From Nitrososphaeraceae archaeon (lineage in GTDB: Archaea; Thermoproteota; Nitrososphaeria; Nitrososphaerales; Nitrososphaeraceae): a stretch of DNA of 64,000 bases. The stretch is from contig DATGZA010000062.1 of NCBI GenBank assembly GCA_035297365.1, positions 10,225-74,224 on the forward strand, in the 5' to 3' direction. Shown one piece after another: positions 10,069-21,740 of the stretch. Under the pieces are notes generated by a model, which did no database searches, was not told where the DNA came from, and was given only the letters and a program-made list of their open reading frames with translations. Positions within the stretch are counted from its first letter, which is position 1. Each line of letters opens with the position of its first letter. Both the position numbers and the translations under genes were made by a program.

Positions 10069-11200
10069 ATGTCTAACACTAAGATTGTTTTGTATTATCC
10101 TTATAACTGTTATAGAAATAATTGAATACCAGAAAAGATAATTATCTGTGAACATATGAAAACCTATCTGTATAATGTTACTTTCATTTCCGTTTAGCCT
10201 TCTTTAGCTATATAGTCCCCTGCAACACCGTTCTTTACAACATTTACAACAGGGTCAACTAGAAACCATTATCAGTAGTCTTCCTGACGATTTGATATTG
10301 TTTGTTATCTACTAATATTGTTTGTTATATATGCATCATCTTTCGAAATTCAATCTCTGCTTCCTTGTTCTTGTTTATTGTTATCCTGACTGGAACCTGG
10401 CAGTATTATCTTAAAACATTCCGTAAATTACTGCTTGCAATTATGGGATTCGTCTGGATTGAGTTTGTATTTTCTGCAAGGTTCAATAATTGTAATATTT
10501 ATAAAGTCATTTAGTCACAATCCTTTTCTTGTCTTCTGCTGCTTGTACAACTCACTATAATTGCAGTAACAGTAGTGAAAACAACCTATCTCAAAGAGTT
10601 CTAATTAAAAGGATTCATACCCAGGTAACATCGTGTTGGTATCAATCATTATCTACTCTTAAAATGTTCCTTATAAAATAAATATTAAATAATTCTCTAC
10701 CTTTGAGGAATTGAAGCAGATAGAAAGTATATTTATATTGATAGACAATTTGTTATTTATAGGAAGTAATGCGATATGAATTTTACATACCTGTCATATG
10801 CTATTTATTTTGTTATATAGTGAACTTATTCCTTTACAGTCATCGAATATGGAAAAATAAGAGATGATATTCTAAACCAGTATGGTTTATAATCTAGAAT
10901 AAGAATCATGTATAGCATTTGAAACGACCTTTACTCATGAATTCAATCCTCTTATTTAATCTAAAAAATTCATTTTTGGAATATTATTTTAATTAAACAA
11001 ACCAGAAAATATATCGAGAAAAATGTTCTTCTAGCAGTCAGGTGTAACTATTGAGCACATTCTATCAGAAAACATGGTTAATGATGCATTTATTTAAATT
11101 CAGTTCTAGTGTATTTAATTTCCTATTCTCAGGTAATTTATCTTGATATAAGTATAATAATGTGGAACACCTATTATAACGTATAGGATAGTGAAAAAAA

Positions 11201-11377
11201 ATGCCGATGCTTATGTTAAAATGTAAAACCTGTGGCCAGGTTTTTCCAGGACTTTATGTCCCTGAAGGTAGTACTGATTCTTACAAATCAGCTAATACAA
11301 ATACTGATACTCTTTATACCTGTTCAAGGGGACATCAGAATAAATATAATTCCCCCGATTATACGGATTTGTCATAA
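11201..11377 (+). CDS. 58-aa zinc-ribbon microprotein (not in ORF track)
   Basis: Manual translation MPMLMLKCKTCGQVFPG...YTCSRGHQNKYNSPDYTDLS*; CxxC and CxxGH knuckles; ends 3 nt before the hflX start. Confidence 0.8.
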   Translation: MPMLMLKCKTCGQVFPGLYVPEGSTDSYKSANTNTDTLYTCSRGHQNKYNSPDYTDLS

Positions 11378-11380
11378 TTT

Positions 11381-12460
11381 TTGAGCCTTACCAAAGTAGT
11401 ATTAGTATCGTATCCAGATAATTTTAGATTACAAGAAGCTAAAAGTCTAATAGAATCATCATTTGCAGAAAAAAAATATAAAATTGTGAAAGTGGTTACT
11501 CATAAATTTTTAAACCACTCTAAATTTGGTCTGGGTTCTGGTAAAGCAGATGAAATTAAAAATTTAGTAAAAGAATCCGGAGCGGATCAAATAATTGTTG
11601 ATGAGCGATTGACTTCTAAACAGACATACAATCTAGAGGATCATACGAATACAAATGTAATCGATAGAGAACGATTAATACTTAACATATTTTATTCTAA
11701 AGCTACTACGAATGAATCTAAATTGCAGATTCAACTTGCTGAAATTAAATACGAAATGCCTCGAGTCCGAGAAAGCGCAAGGATTTCTTCAGGAACTGAA
11801 CGAGCGGGAAAAGGCGGAATGGGTGAGTACGTAGTCGATGTAAAGTTTAGAGATCTAAAAAGACGGGCTTCTTTTATCAAAGAAAAATTAGATAATGCAC
11901 AACGAAAAAGAGAACTTTATCATCAACAAAGATTGAAAAGTAAAATGCCAGTTATTTCGCTGGTAGGATATACAAGTTCTGGAAAAACTTCGTTATTCAA
12001 TCTCTTAACAGATCAAAACAAGGAAATATCAAATAATTTATTCACAACACTAACAACAACGACCAGATCATTTAAAATAAACGATAAAGCACTGTTGCTT
12101 ACAGACACAATTGGCTTTATTAGCAGGTTACCTCATTATATGATCGACGCGTTTAAATCAACATTAGAAGAATCCATCGCCGCGGACTTGATTTTACTTT
12201 TAATTGATTCGTCAGAGAAAATAGAAGATATCAGAATAAAGTATAATAGCTGTCGTGAAGTTCTAAATGAGCTAAATGTGGATAAATCAAAAGTTCTAAT
12301 ACTATTAACTAAATTAGACAGGGTTAATTCAGATAAAATTGAGGAGATTATAAAAGATTTAAGAATTTCAAATCCAATAGCAATATCTTCGCTGAGTGGA
12401 TATGGGATACATAAATTAAAGACAATAATAGACACGTATTCAAATAACCATGGAAAGTAA
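11381..12460 (+). CDS. hflX: Ribosome-associated GTPase HflX
   Basis: GSGKADE, VIDRERLILNIF, GYTSSGKTS, LFTTL, DTIGFI, TKLD. Confidence 0.95.
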   Translation: MSLTKVVLVSYPDNFRLQEAKSLIESSFAEKKYKIVKVVTHKFLNHSKFGLGSGKADEIKNLVKESGADQIIVDERLTSKQTYNLEDHTNTNVIDRERLILNIFYSKATTNESKLQIQLAEIKYEMPRVRESARISSGTERAGKGGMGEYVVDVKFRDLKRRASFIKEKLDNAQRKRELYHQQRLKSKMPVISLVGYTSSGKTSLFNLLTDQNKEISNNLFTTLTTTTRSFKINDKALLLTDTIGFISRLPHYMIDAFKSTLEESIAADLILLLIDSSEKIEDIRIKYNSCREVLNELNVDKSKVLILLTKLDRVNSDKIEEIIKDLRISNPIAISSLSGYGIHKLKTIIDTYSNNHGK

Positions 12461-12944
12461 CAATATTGATATTAATTCTTAATATTTAGATTTTTAAAAT
12501 ATACTTTTAAAAAAAGTATTAGAAGAATTTGTAGGAATCTGATTTCATGAGAATTGAGTCCTCGCATTCTTGGCAAGGTTTTAGAATCAGAACTTGAAGA
12601 AACTCTCTAAATTGGTAAGTCGATTGAAGTTAAATATAATGTAATTGGTCATGCATTAAAAACTGGGTTTGAATCTGTTTCTGATAAAATCGTTGTAAGG
12701 AAAAATACCAACAAGAAAGTATTATCAATAATCACAAAAATCAAAATTATTCCCCATCAACTATCTTTTCCTTTCAATAATCGTTATCTAGTATTAAACT
12801 CTACCAACTTGATAGGACCAGTATAGAATGTTAATATATTTGATTGAATAATATATAAACGTAGTAATTAGAAATAGAAAAATTCCAAATAACTGTAATT
12901 AATTTATTGCTTGTTACCTATAATATTAATGAAGTGAAGAAAAA

Positions 12945-14159
12945 ATGAAAAACGAAAATAATTTAAAAGTACTGATGGTTTCCACCGAATATCCTCCGAT
13001 GCAAGGGGGAATAGGAAGATATACAAATAATTTAGTGAACGCCCTAAGAAATATTGACATTGATGTCTATGTGTGTTCTGGAAGTGAAGGAAATGGAGAA
13101 TACAAAGGACTATCTCCACACAATACAAATAATTCTCAATTTTTACTTAAAGTTGTAGATCAATTGCACCCAGATATTGTACATATTCAAATGGAACATG
13201 GATTATATGGATTAAAACTTAATTCTTTGCTACCAGGTCCGATAACTACTTCGCTAGATCATTTTTATTCCAAATGTGTGCAGCCCATAATTACTACTTT
13301 CCATTCTTCATATGACTTTAAACAATGGTTAAATTTAGTGTCTATTAACCAACATAAATTCAATATTAAAAAAATAACTGAATATTGGCAACGAATTATA
13401 AACTATAAAGCATTTCATGATTTAAATAAGCGAATTTTCCGTCAAAGTAGGGCCAATATAGTATGTTCTGATTATTTATCAAAGTTGATACCAGGATGTA
13501 AAGTGATATATCATGGTGCAAATTCGTATTTGTCTCAAAATGTTTCTAAACAAGAAGCAAGGACAAAATTGTCTTTACCAACCAGTTCAAAAATCGCTTT
13601 AGCGCAAGGATTTTTTACTTCTACTAAGGGATGGGATATTATTAACAAGATGAAAATTCCTGATGATTGGGTGATAGTTTTAAATCATTCAAAAAATCAT
13701 TATAGTCAACAGAATTTTGATATAGATATCGTTAACACTAAAAATAAGAACAGAATAATCAATCTTGACAAAAAGTATCTTTCTGAATCTGAACTATCAT
13801 TACTATTCTATTCATCAGATGTTGTAATTTTGCCGTATATAGTATGTTCTGGTTCAGGAGTAATGTTTGATGCATTAGCACATGGAACGCCTTTTATTGC
13901 ATCTGACTTGGATTTTTTTAAAGAATTCAAAGAAATGAACTTGGGAATAGTAGTAAAAAGAAAACCAGATGAATTTGTAAAAGCATTAAAACAGATGGAT
14001 GAAAATTATTTATCTTATAGGGCCACTATAGAGAAATTTAAAATGAGATTAGATTGGAATAGTATTGCCAATCAACATATGAAAATATATGTTGATACAA
14101 TAATGAGAACACATTCACCTATTGGAGAAAAAGACGAACAGGTAATAATTCAGAGATAG
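12945..14159 (+). CDS. Glycosyltransferase family 4
   Basis: EYPPMQGGIGRY, PDIVHIQ, SGSGVMFDALAHGTPFIASD. Confidence 0.88.
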   Translation: MKNENNLKVLMVSTEYPPMQGGIGRYTNNLVNALRNIDIDVYVCSGSEGNGEYKGLSPHNTNNSQFLLKVVDQLHPDIVHIQMEHGLYGLKLNSLLPGPITTSLDHFYSKCVQPIITTFHSSYDFKQWLNLVSINQHKFNIKKITEYWQRIINYKAFHDLNKRIFRQSRANIVCSDYLSKLIPGCKVIYHGANSYLSQNVSKQEARTKLSLPTSSKIALAQGFFTSTKGWDIINKMKIPDDWVIVLNHSKNHYSQQNFDIDIVNTKNKNRIINLDKKYLSESELSLLFYSSDVVILPYIVCSGSGVMFDALAHGTPFIASDLDFFKEFKEMNLGIVVKRKPDEFVKALKQMDENYLSYRATIEKFKMRLDWNSIANQHMKIYVDTIMRTHSPIGEKDEQVIIQR

Positions 14160-15150
14160 GTTCTTAATTGATATGCTGAATAAAACAGAGATAATTTAAA
14201 AAATTAGTAAAAAATATCTTTCTTAAATTTTAGTAAAATAATTGTTATTTCAGTATTTTTATATAAAAGATTTTTGATGTCAATGAACTGTCTATTCACA
14301 AGCTGCTCTTTTTTCTAGGCTGCATGAAATATTATTATCTTCTATTTTAGAAAATTATTGAAAATCTTTATTTTAAAATATTTGATATAATAAGGAACAA
14401 ATCTAGCCAGTTAGTAAAGTAATATGCCGGAACGATATGACCTTCAATTCATATCTAAGCTAACAGATTGGAAAATACAATAAAATTGTTCTTGTAACTA
14501 TTTTCCTTCTTCAAATGAATCTATCATCTTTTTCACGACAGGTATGTAATTAGAAAGTATAGCATCTTGAGCTGTAAATCTGATCAAATATACTTTACTT
14601 TTAAATATTGTATATACTTGCATCTTTTGATCAATTCATCTTTTCCTGCTGTAGTAGAAGAAACCAAGGTATAAGTAGATTGATTTTCTTTTAACATATA
14701 GGGTTCAGATTCGTTTATTAGAAAATATTCCAACAATTTATAAAAAGGAATATCAAAAAATGATACTGCAATTATGATATATAAAACAACAAACCACAAA
14801 ATCACTAATCCATTAAATTTATAAAGGACTATGAAGAATACACAAAAGACGTTGGAGTAATAATTCCTAGAGGATAAGCATTTTCCAATGATATAAAGAA
14901 GATAATCCCTCCACTTAATCAATCTAGGGTAACAATCGGTTTGAAAGATATAGATCATAGTCTGTTTGAGAATGTCTTGGATTGAATCGCCATCATAGTA
15001 AATCCTCTCCAGGGCTCAATGAATTTGTCCACTTTACCAGTACCAGCAAGTATAAAACTCATAGTAGGAAAAACTGTTTGCTATATTAAATTGGACACTA
15101 CATGAAATAATTTAAACATTTTTATATTAAATATCTAACCTAATTTTTTA

Positions 15151-16638
15151 ATGACTGACTTTATGCAAAATATTAAGATCGGATCTCTTATTATTTTTCT
15201 ATCTCTTTCTCTACTGGCTCCATCTACTGTCTTTTTCTCACAAAAGGTAAATGCTCAAGCCCAAACCACTGCTTTATCGCAAGAACAACTATATACAGCC
15301 ATGGCAAATATATCAAACTCTGACAAACCAAAAGACATTGCTACACTAGCTTATCTCTGGGGATATTCACCAATAACTGCACATCGGAGCTTTGACTATT
15401 TTACCAATCCTAATACTCCTCACGTAACGGGACAAGGTCCTGCAAACGAAATAAACTGCGCAAGCCAACTTGTAAATGCAAGTTTTACAGATGTAGTAAC
15501 CCCTAACGATGATACACTATACTGTCAATCTTGGATGGATCTAGCAAAAGAACCACTCGTTCTCGAAGTTCCGTCAGTGCAAGACAGATATATTACATTC
15601 GAGTTCTTGGATGCCTTTACTAATGATTATACATATCTTGGGACACGTGCATCAGGTGCCTCAGAAGGTACTTACCTTATCACAGGTCCAGACTGGGATG
15701 GAAAGGTTCCAGCAGATATGACAAAGATATGGTCTCCAACAAATATTGCATGGCTTCTTAACCGGATTCTGGTTAAAGGTGATTCAGACGTGCAAAATGT
15801 TTATTCTATCCAAGATAAGATCAGTTTGACTCCACTTTCAGTATTTGAAGGAAATACAACAAAAACGCATGGAGCAGATGAAATAGTGGTTTCTAACCAA
15901 GTTCCGATTAAACCCCAGCCCGCTAACATACCATCAAGTGGTATCAAACTATATGATGAACTAGGACAAGCAATGATGGATAATCCACTTAATCCTCCAG
16001 ACCTAGACCTCGTAGCCAAGCTTGCAAGCATAGGTATTGGACCAGGAAAAACACCATCAGTTGAGACAAATGACACAATAAAGACTGCACTGGAAACAGG
16101 AATACAAGAAGGTGAGAAGATGATAGAAGCAAGAATAGCAAATATTGGAACTGTTGTGAATGGATGGTCATTTAATACTGAAACAGGAATTTATGGAAAT
16201 GACTATCTCACTCGAGCTGCTATTACTAAATTGGGATTTGGTGCCAATATTCCTCAGGAAGCTATCTATCCAACCACGTTTACAGACATCCAAGGGAAAC
16301 CATATAATGGTGAAAACAAGTACGAAATTCACTTTGAACCTGGACAGACTCCACCAGTATATGGTTTCTGGTCTATCACAATGTATAACGAGGAGAAATA
16401 TTTCTATGACAATCCGCTTAATCGTTATTCTATAGGAGGGTACACAAATGGATTAAAGACTAACCCAGATGGTTCACTTGATATCTATATACAGAATCAA
16501 AGTCCTGGCGCGGATAAAGAGTCAAATTGGCTTCCATCTCCTGCCGACGGTTTCTTCATGATCTTGCGTATGTATTTGCCGGCAGAACAGGTTCTGAATG
16601 GAACCTGGACACCCCCACCAGTACAGACAACAGGATGA
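15151..16638 (+). CDS. Secreted DUF1254/DUF1214 domain protein
   Basis: PNDDTLY, DLAKEPLVL, GFWSITMY, NPLNRYSIG, NPDGSLDIYIQ, NWLPSP, LRMYLP; signal peptide. Confidence 0.9.
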   Translation: MTDFMQNIKIGSLIIFLSLSLLAPSTVFFSQKVNAQAQTTALSQEQLYTAMANISNSDKPKDIATLAYLWGYSPITAHRSFDYFTNPNTPHVTGQGPANEINCASQLVNASFTDVVTPNDDTLYCQSWMDLAKEPLVLEVPSVQDRYITFEFLDAFTNDYTYLGTRASGASEGTYLITGPDWDGKVPADMTKIWSPTNIAWLLNRILVKGDSDVQNVYSIQDKISLTPLSVFEGNTTKTHGADEIVVSNQVPIKPQPANIPSSGIKLYDELGQAMMDNPLNPPDLDLVAKLASIGIGPGKTPSVETNDTIKTALETGIQEGEKMIEARIANIGTVVNGWSFNTETGIYGNDYLTRAAITKLGFGANIPQEAIYPTTFTDIQGKPYNGENKYEIHFEPGQTPPVYGFWSITMYNEEKYFYDNPLNRYSIGGYTNGLKTNPDGSLDIYIQNQSPGADKESNWLPSPADGFFMILRMYLPAEQVLNGTWTPPPVQTTG

Positions 16639-16675
16639 AAATAGAAGAAAATAATTAGGATATATGAAATTTTAG

Positions 16676-16707
16676 AGAAGGTAATCTAAAAAACCTTCTT
16701 TTTTTTA
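16676..16707 (+). terminator. Hairpin plus T-tract downstream of the DUF1254 gene
   Basis: AGAAGGT...ACCTTCT followed by a T run. Confidence 0.5.
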
Positions 16708-17550
16708 GCTTGGTATATGTCCAATTTGTGTTACATATGATAGCAAAATGTTTTTTAATTGCATCAAAGTCTACAAAAATAATACATTACTTGAGTAAAA
16801 ATTTTACATGTTGGTAAGTAATTGTGTCATGATACTTGTCGTAATTATTTGTCTATAAATTTAGTTAAATTATGTTTATTTTGCATTATGAAAACATTTT
16901 ATATAAAATATTATTCAAATTTTACAATTCCATCTATTAGTCATCAATAATAATGGAATACTGAATTTTATTCTATTTTATATATATTCTTCAAATCCCG
17001 AGATAGTTTATACAACTTCATCGTTATAATTTTTTTTATAGATTATGTTGAGTTAATATGAATATTAAAACTGTCATCTTTATTGGAATGTTTTCGGTTT
17101 GAAAAAAATATATATTAATTATACTAACAAGCATTGTCATCATTGAAGTCATAATCCATATAATTTTGTCACTGACCTTTTGCTAATTGGTAAAGATCTT
17201 GCGAGTGAATACTAAGATATTCCAGAAAATATGATATCTTACCCAGAACATAAAACAAAATTAAAGGATTGGTTACAAAATGGAACAAACCTTCTTTTGT
17301 ATTTTTGAGATTTGGGGGAATATTTTATTATACGTAAAAATCCATACATGTTTTTAATTTTTGTAAATCTTTAAAAAACAACGGGATTCATCTTTTTGGA
17401 AATATTACCTTTGCAGACTAACGCCCTATTGGAAACGACAGTTTAAATAAATACCGTTTTTTGTTTAGAACATTTCCAATATAAAATATTTTTTTTATTG
17501 GTAAGCAATATATGATAGTACAGTGGTACTAAGGATAAGAATCATTTATC

Positions 17551-17844
17551 ATGTCTTCACTTAAAGTATACAAAAGAAATTCGAATTTCGTAGATTTATC
17601 TGATCTGGTTGCAGATATTAGTAGTCTTGGTCTAAGTAGTGCCCTTGAAAAGTATTACGATAAACCACTTGAAAAAGAAGCCAAAAGTATAGTAGCAGGT
17701 CCTAGTTTTTTAATGTTCTTGAACAAATTATTTCATATTCATATAACTACTGGCGATATAATAAAATTGGAATGTGGAAATGAAAGCAAATACTATATGC
17801 TATCCTTAACTGGGACGTGGGATGAGATAATCAAATTACAATAA
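17551..17844 (+). CDS. Hypothetical protein
   Basis: 97-aa ORF with normal codon pattern in an AT-rich spacer. Confidence 0.65.
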   Translation: MSSLKVYKRNSNFVDLSDLVADISSLGLSSALEKYYDKPLEKEAKSIVAGPSFLMFLNKLFHIHITTGDIIKLECGNESKYYMLSLTGTWDEIIKLQ

Positions 17845-18253
17845 TTCTAATCGGAATGAGTGAATTCATAGCAAACATAATCACTTTATAAAATTCTGAT
17901 CTATTGAAAAGATCATCTCATAATTAACAGGGATTTAAAACCCTCCACAGATGTGACTACGTTCAATTATAAAAATTAAATTAAATTAAAATTGTAAGTC
18001 CGATATTTTCAGTTTTTATCCTATCTTTTATAACTTTTGATCTTGTTGAAGTATCGAATTAAAGTAGAAATTGTGTAGAGGTTATATCAAAAAACTGTCC
18101 ATTTGTCAAAAGAACAAAATTACCTATTGAAGTATTGCTATGATGTATTATTTGAAGACAATAGAACAGTAATATACTATAAGATATGAACATTACAACA
18201 TAAATTATTTGAAATGAATTATTGAATACTGAACTTATTGAAACAGTTCATCA

Positions 18254-18442
18254 TTATTTTAATTCCTTCCATCCTTCTTCTTTAGTCATCATTTCAAAAT
18301 CTGGAACGATAAGTACATCCTCATCCAACAACTGATCTCCATCTTTTTTATAAAATCTTACAAAATCTCCCTCATATATTGCTAAGATTTCGTTCTTTCC
18401 ATCTTTATCTTCATATGTTTTCTCTGTTTTTTCTCTATACAT
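18254..18442 (-). CDS. Small acidic hypothetical protein
   Basis: 62-aa ORF with protein-like composition (EEGWKELK end). Confidence 0.6.
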   Translation of the reverse strand: MYREKTEKTYEDKDGKNEILAIYEGDFVRFYKKDGDQLLDEDVLIVPDFEMMTKEEGWKELK

Positions 18443-18952
18443 AGTATATATAATACATTGCCTTTAATCTATATGTTTCTATGGGTTTGGTGAATAATTA
18501 GATAATACACTGAATAACCAAGAATATCTCCCGAAAATAGATGGGGATATAGCTATTTGGTTTCTTTATCATAGTCATAATTGAATCACAACAATAAGAC
18601 AAGAGGAGATGTTAGAACAATTATGCATATGCGAGATGATCTGTGTAATGACATTAAAAATTTTTTAGCCTTGAGCAACTAGAAAACATATTACGCACCA
18701 AAGTCGTTCTTTGTGGACTAGTCACTAAAGATATCATTTTGATTTGAGAACTGGACGTCGGTAGAAATGATATCAGGCTGATATGGATCTAGTTCCAGCT
18801 TCATTTCATAGAAGGTTTCCCGAATCAGGACAATCAGATAAGCAGAAAAGAAAAGAAGGAATCTCGGAAGAAACATCATGCAGGAAAAAGTTTGGTTAGA
18901 AAGAGAACACATTCATGGCCAGAATTCACTATCCTAATGTAAATCAACTTTA

Positions 18953-19927
18953 TTACTTTTGAAGACCGTTGATTCCTTGGGCAACTAGGATGGAATAACA
19001 ACCAAGACCGCATTTTTCGCATATAGGTTTTAATCCTTTATTATCTGCACTTCCTATACAACAAGGCTGTTTGACTCTTCCCATGTGATCTAGAGAAATA
19101 ATAGCCCATGAAGGACATTGAACAGGGGTGGTTTCGACCCCTCCCCAGTTACCTTTCATCAAAGATATTTGTTTCTCAGAATTCACTATATAATCAGGAT
19201 ATATTCGTTTCATTGATATAATTTCATCTACGACACTATCACGAATGTCCCCAAAAGACAACCAAAGAGGATCATCTTTTATAAATGGAGTATGAAATTG
19301 AAATCCTATTTTGTTTACTTTTCCCCTCCATTCTTGTGCTAAAGGAATTGCGGTTGTATAATTAAGAGAATTGATGGTCATAGTAATCCATATATCCTTC
19401 CAAGCAGGTTTTCCTTTCCTGACTCCTACTTTTTCGATATATTCTAATATGTTGTTTCTTGTCTTTGAATAGGATCCTTTTCCCCTGATACTGTCATGAA
19501 CTTCTTCTGTTCCATCAAGTGAGACCCAATAAAAATATAGATTCTCAAACTTCTTTAAAGGAAACGTACCATTCGTGACCACACAAACCCTTCTAGGCAT
19601 TTCATTACAGAACAATTGTATGATATCAGGCCTTAACAATGGTTCACCGCCAACGAGGGTAACCACAAAGATATTTTGCTTTTTAAATGTATTATCAATT
19701 ATCTTTTTCCAATCCTCAACACCTAGATCATGTTCCTCCTTTCTATTAAGCCACCAGTAGCAATGAGAACAATGTAAATTGCAAACATTATTGATATCTA
19801 CCGAACCATATAATGCCTGTTTAGAATGAAATACCTTTATTCCTATAATTTTTTTTATGAAATTAAGATGAAATGGCATCTCGTGTATTAAATCAGTTAT
19901 TCCACGGCCATAGATTAGATCTACCAT
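18953..19927 (-). CDS. Radical SAM protein with Cys-containing C-terminal (twitch/SPASM-like) region
   Basis: CNLHCSHC, GGEPLL, TNG, SLDG...HDSIRG; C-terminal CPSW...PCC...CEKCGLGC. Confidence 0.9.
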   Translation of the reverse strand: MVDLIYGRGITDLIHEMPFHLNFIKKIIGIKVFHSKQALYGSVDINNVCNLHCSHCYWWLNRKEEHDLGVEDWKKIIDNTFKKQNIFVVTLVGGEPLLRPDIIQLFCNEMPRRVCVVTNGTFPLKKFENLYFYWVSLDGTEEVHDSIRGKGSYSKTRNNILEYIEKVGVRKGKPAWKDIWITMTINSLNYTTAIPLAQEWRGKVNKIGFQFHTPFIKDDPLWLSFGDIRDSVVDEIISMKRIYPDYIVNSEKQISLMKGNWGGVETTPVQCPSWAIISLDHMGRVKQPCCIGSADNKGLKPICEKCGLGCYSILVAQGINGLQK

Positions 19928-20337
19928 AAATTTATTAGAATATACAAATAAATAAATATATTTATAAAGAAAATAGATAACTATTAAGTTAGATTTTAAT
20001 GATCAATTTAGTTCTAGTAATAAAATAAAGAATTAGAAAATCATTATAATCTTATAATATTAAGTGTTGAATATTCTTATTTTATTTTCTAAATATTAGT
20101 ATATTATATGGAATTTGATATCTTATTCATTATTAGCCTCGTTAATTTAAAGAAAAAACCTAGATCCCTATTTTCATTTCAAAATCCATGTTCAATTTTG
20201 GTCAAATTTGATTATTAAATAATGTATTTTTTTGAAAAATAAGGCATTCATGACTTTAATGACTTTAACTTTGAAAAATTTAGATCATTATATATATCAG
20301 TTTAGCGTATAATATATTACTAGATTTAGGATAAAAA

Positions 20338-20646
20338 ATGTCATTTTTTCCGCTTAGAGATTGGCATCTCAAACATATGGAAAATACAGTAGTCAAATTT
20401 GTAAAGGGACTATCTGAAAACTCCACTAATTACGAAAGAAGAATGCATAGAAAATATGGTACTATTTATAATATTCGAAGACAAATAAGTCATGATATTG
20501 TACACGGTGTAACAAATCATGAAGTTATTTCATTTTTGCAAAAAATTGAAGGAGATCCGACATTTTCTGATTTATTAAAAAGTAATGGTGCCGTTGACAG
20601 AGTATGCGAAATAAAGAAATATTTTGGATTAAATAACGAAATTTAG
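20338..20646 (+). CDS. Conserved thaumarchaeal hypothetical protein
   Basis: 102-aa ORF with TATA box upstream; resembles small AOA-specific proteins (LRDWHLKH...RKYG). Confidence 0.7.
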   Translation: MSFFPLRDWHLKHMENTVVKFVKGLSENSTNYERRMHRKYGTIYNIRRQISHDIVHGVTNHEVISFLQKIEGDPTFSDLLKSNGAVDRVCEIKKYFGLNNEI

Positions 20647-20894
20647 CTTTAATACCTTCTCTTTTTTTAACCGTGGTTAGTAATCTCTTCTGTGTAGTTA
20701 AAATTTATTCTAACATGAACTATATAGAATTTGATACCCATTATAATAGAAAATGAAGATCGCTAAAATCGTGATATCTAAATAACAATGCAAGTAACTT
20801 CTATTGTATCTTGCGACTCTAATTATAATAGATAAATTTCATTTTCCAGAATATGAAGTATGAGTTTCTAACGTCTTTCAATCTCTAATTCTCT

Positions 20895-21269
20895 TTATTT
20901 GTATTTTTCTAGGATTCCTTCTAATCCTTTTTCACCAACTGCACCTACGGCCCTTTCGGCAACTTCTCCATTTAAAAATACAATGAAAGTTGGAATCGCA
21001 TATACATCATATTTTACAGCAATTGATTGGTGATCATCCACATTGAGCCTTCCAAAACTTATTTTATCTGAATATTTACTCGAGAGCTTATCAAATACAG
21101 GCAGCATAAATTTACATGGACCGCACCACGTAGCCCAAAAGTCAACTAATAAAGGCTTAGTACTTTTTATTGCATAATCAAAATTTTTTTCGGATAACTC
21201 TATAATGTTAGCTTTGCTTGCATCCGTATCATTAGGATAATTTCCAATATCTTCATTCCCTTCATACAT
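20895..21269 (-). CDS. trxA: Thioredoxin
   Basis: VDFWATWCGPCK, AIPTF. Confidence 0.95.
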   Translation of the reverse strand: MYEGNEDIGNYPNDTDASKANIIELSEKNFDYAIKSTKPLLVDFWATWCGPCKFMLPVFDKLSSKYSDKISFGRLNVDDHQSIAVKYDVYAIPTFIVFLNGEVAERAVGAVGEKGLEGILEKYK

Positions 21270-21740
21270 AGATTCTTTTTTAAAAAATGATATTTAAAAT
21301 TTATTGTAGAAAAACAGTAACTCAATCAAATACATTTAAAACCAACATTGATCTAAAAATAAAAGAAATAATGATATAAAAGCATTTAATGGATAAAAAA
21401 TTCTACAAAAAGTATTTAAATACCATTTATGAAAAGTACATCTAAGAAAAGTGGATAATAGTTTGACTAAACATATATTTTATGGAATATTTTAAAGGTC
21501 ACTAAAGATAGTAGATTCGATAAGCGATAAAAATAAAATATTTTTCATAATCTTTCCCTAAAAAATTGAAGATAATAAACCGCAATTTGTTATTAAGGTA
21601 GAGAAAATGAAATAAAATAATTCGAATATCTCTCAACATATTTGGTGTAACTTGGTATTTTTAAAAATCAAGATTTTTACGCTTCATTTATCTAGCGAAA
21701 AATATTTGTAACATTCAGTAAATAATGCCGAGATTTCAAA

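Noticed and set aside
14400-15080. 124-aa minus-strand ORF (14584-14958) and flanking fragments
   Set aside because: No recognisable motif; may be eroded coding DNA but cannot be assigned
18660-18950. GC-richer patch with a 64-aa ORF downstream of the radical SAM gene, considered as a RiPP precursor or IS remnant
   Set aside because: No leader/core pattern, inverted repeats or identifiable homology
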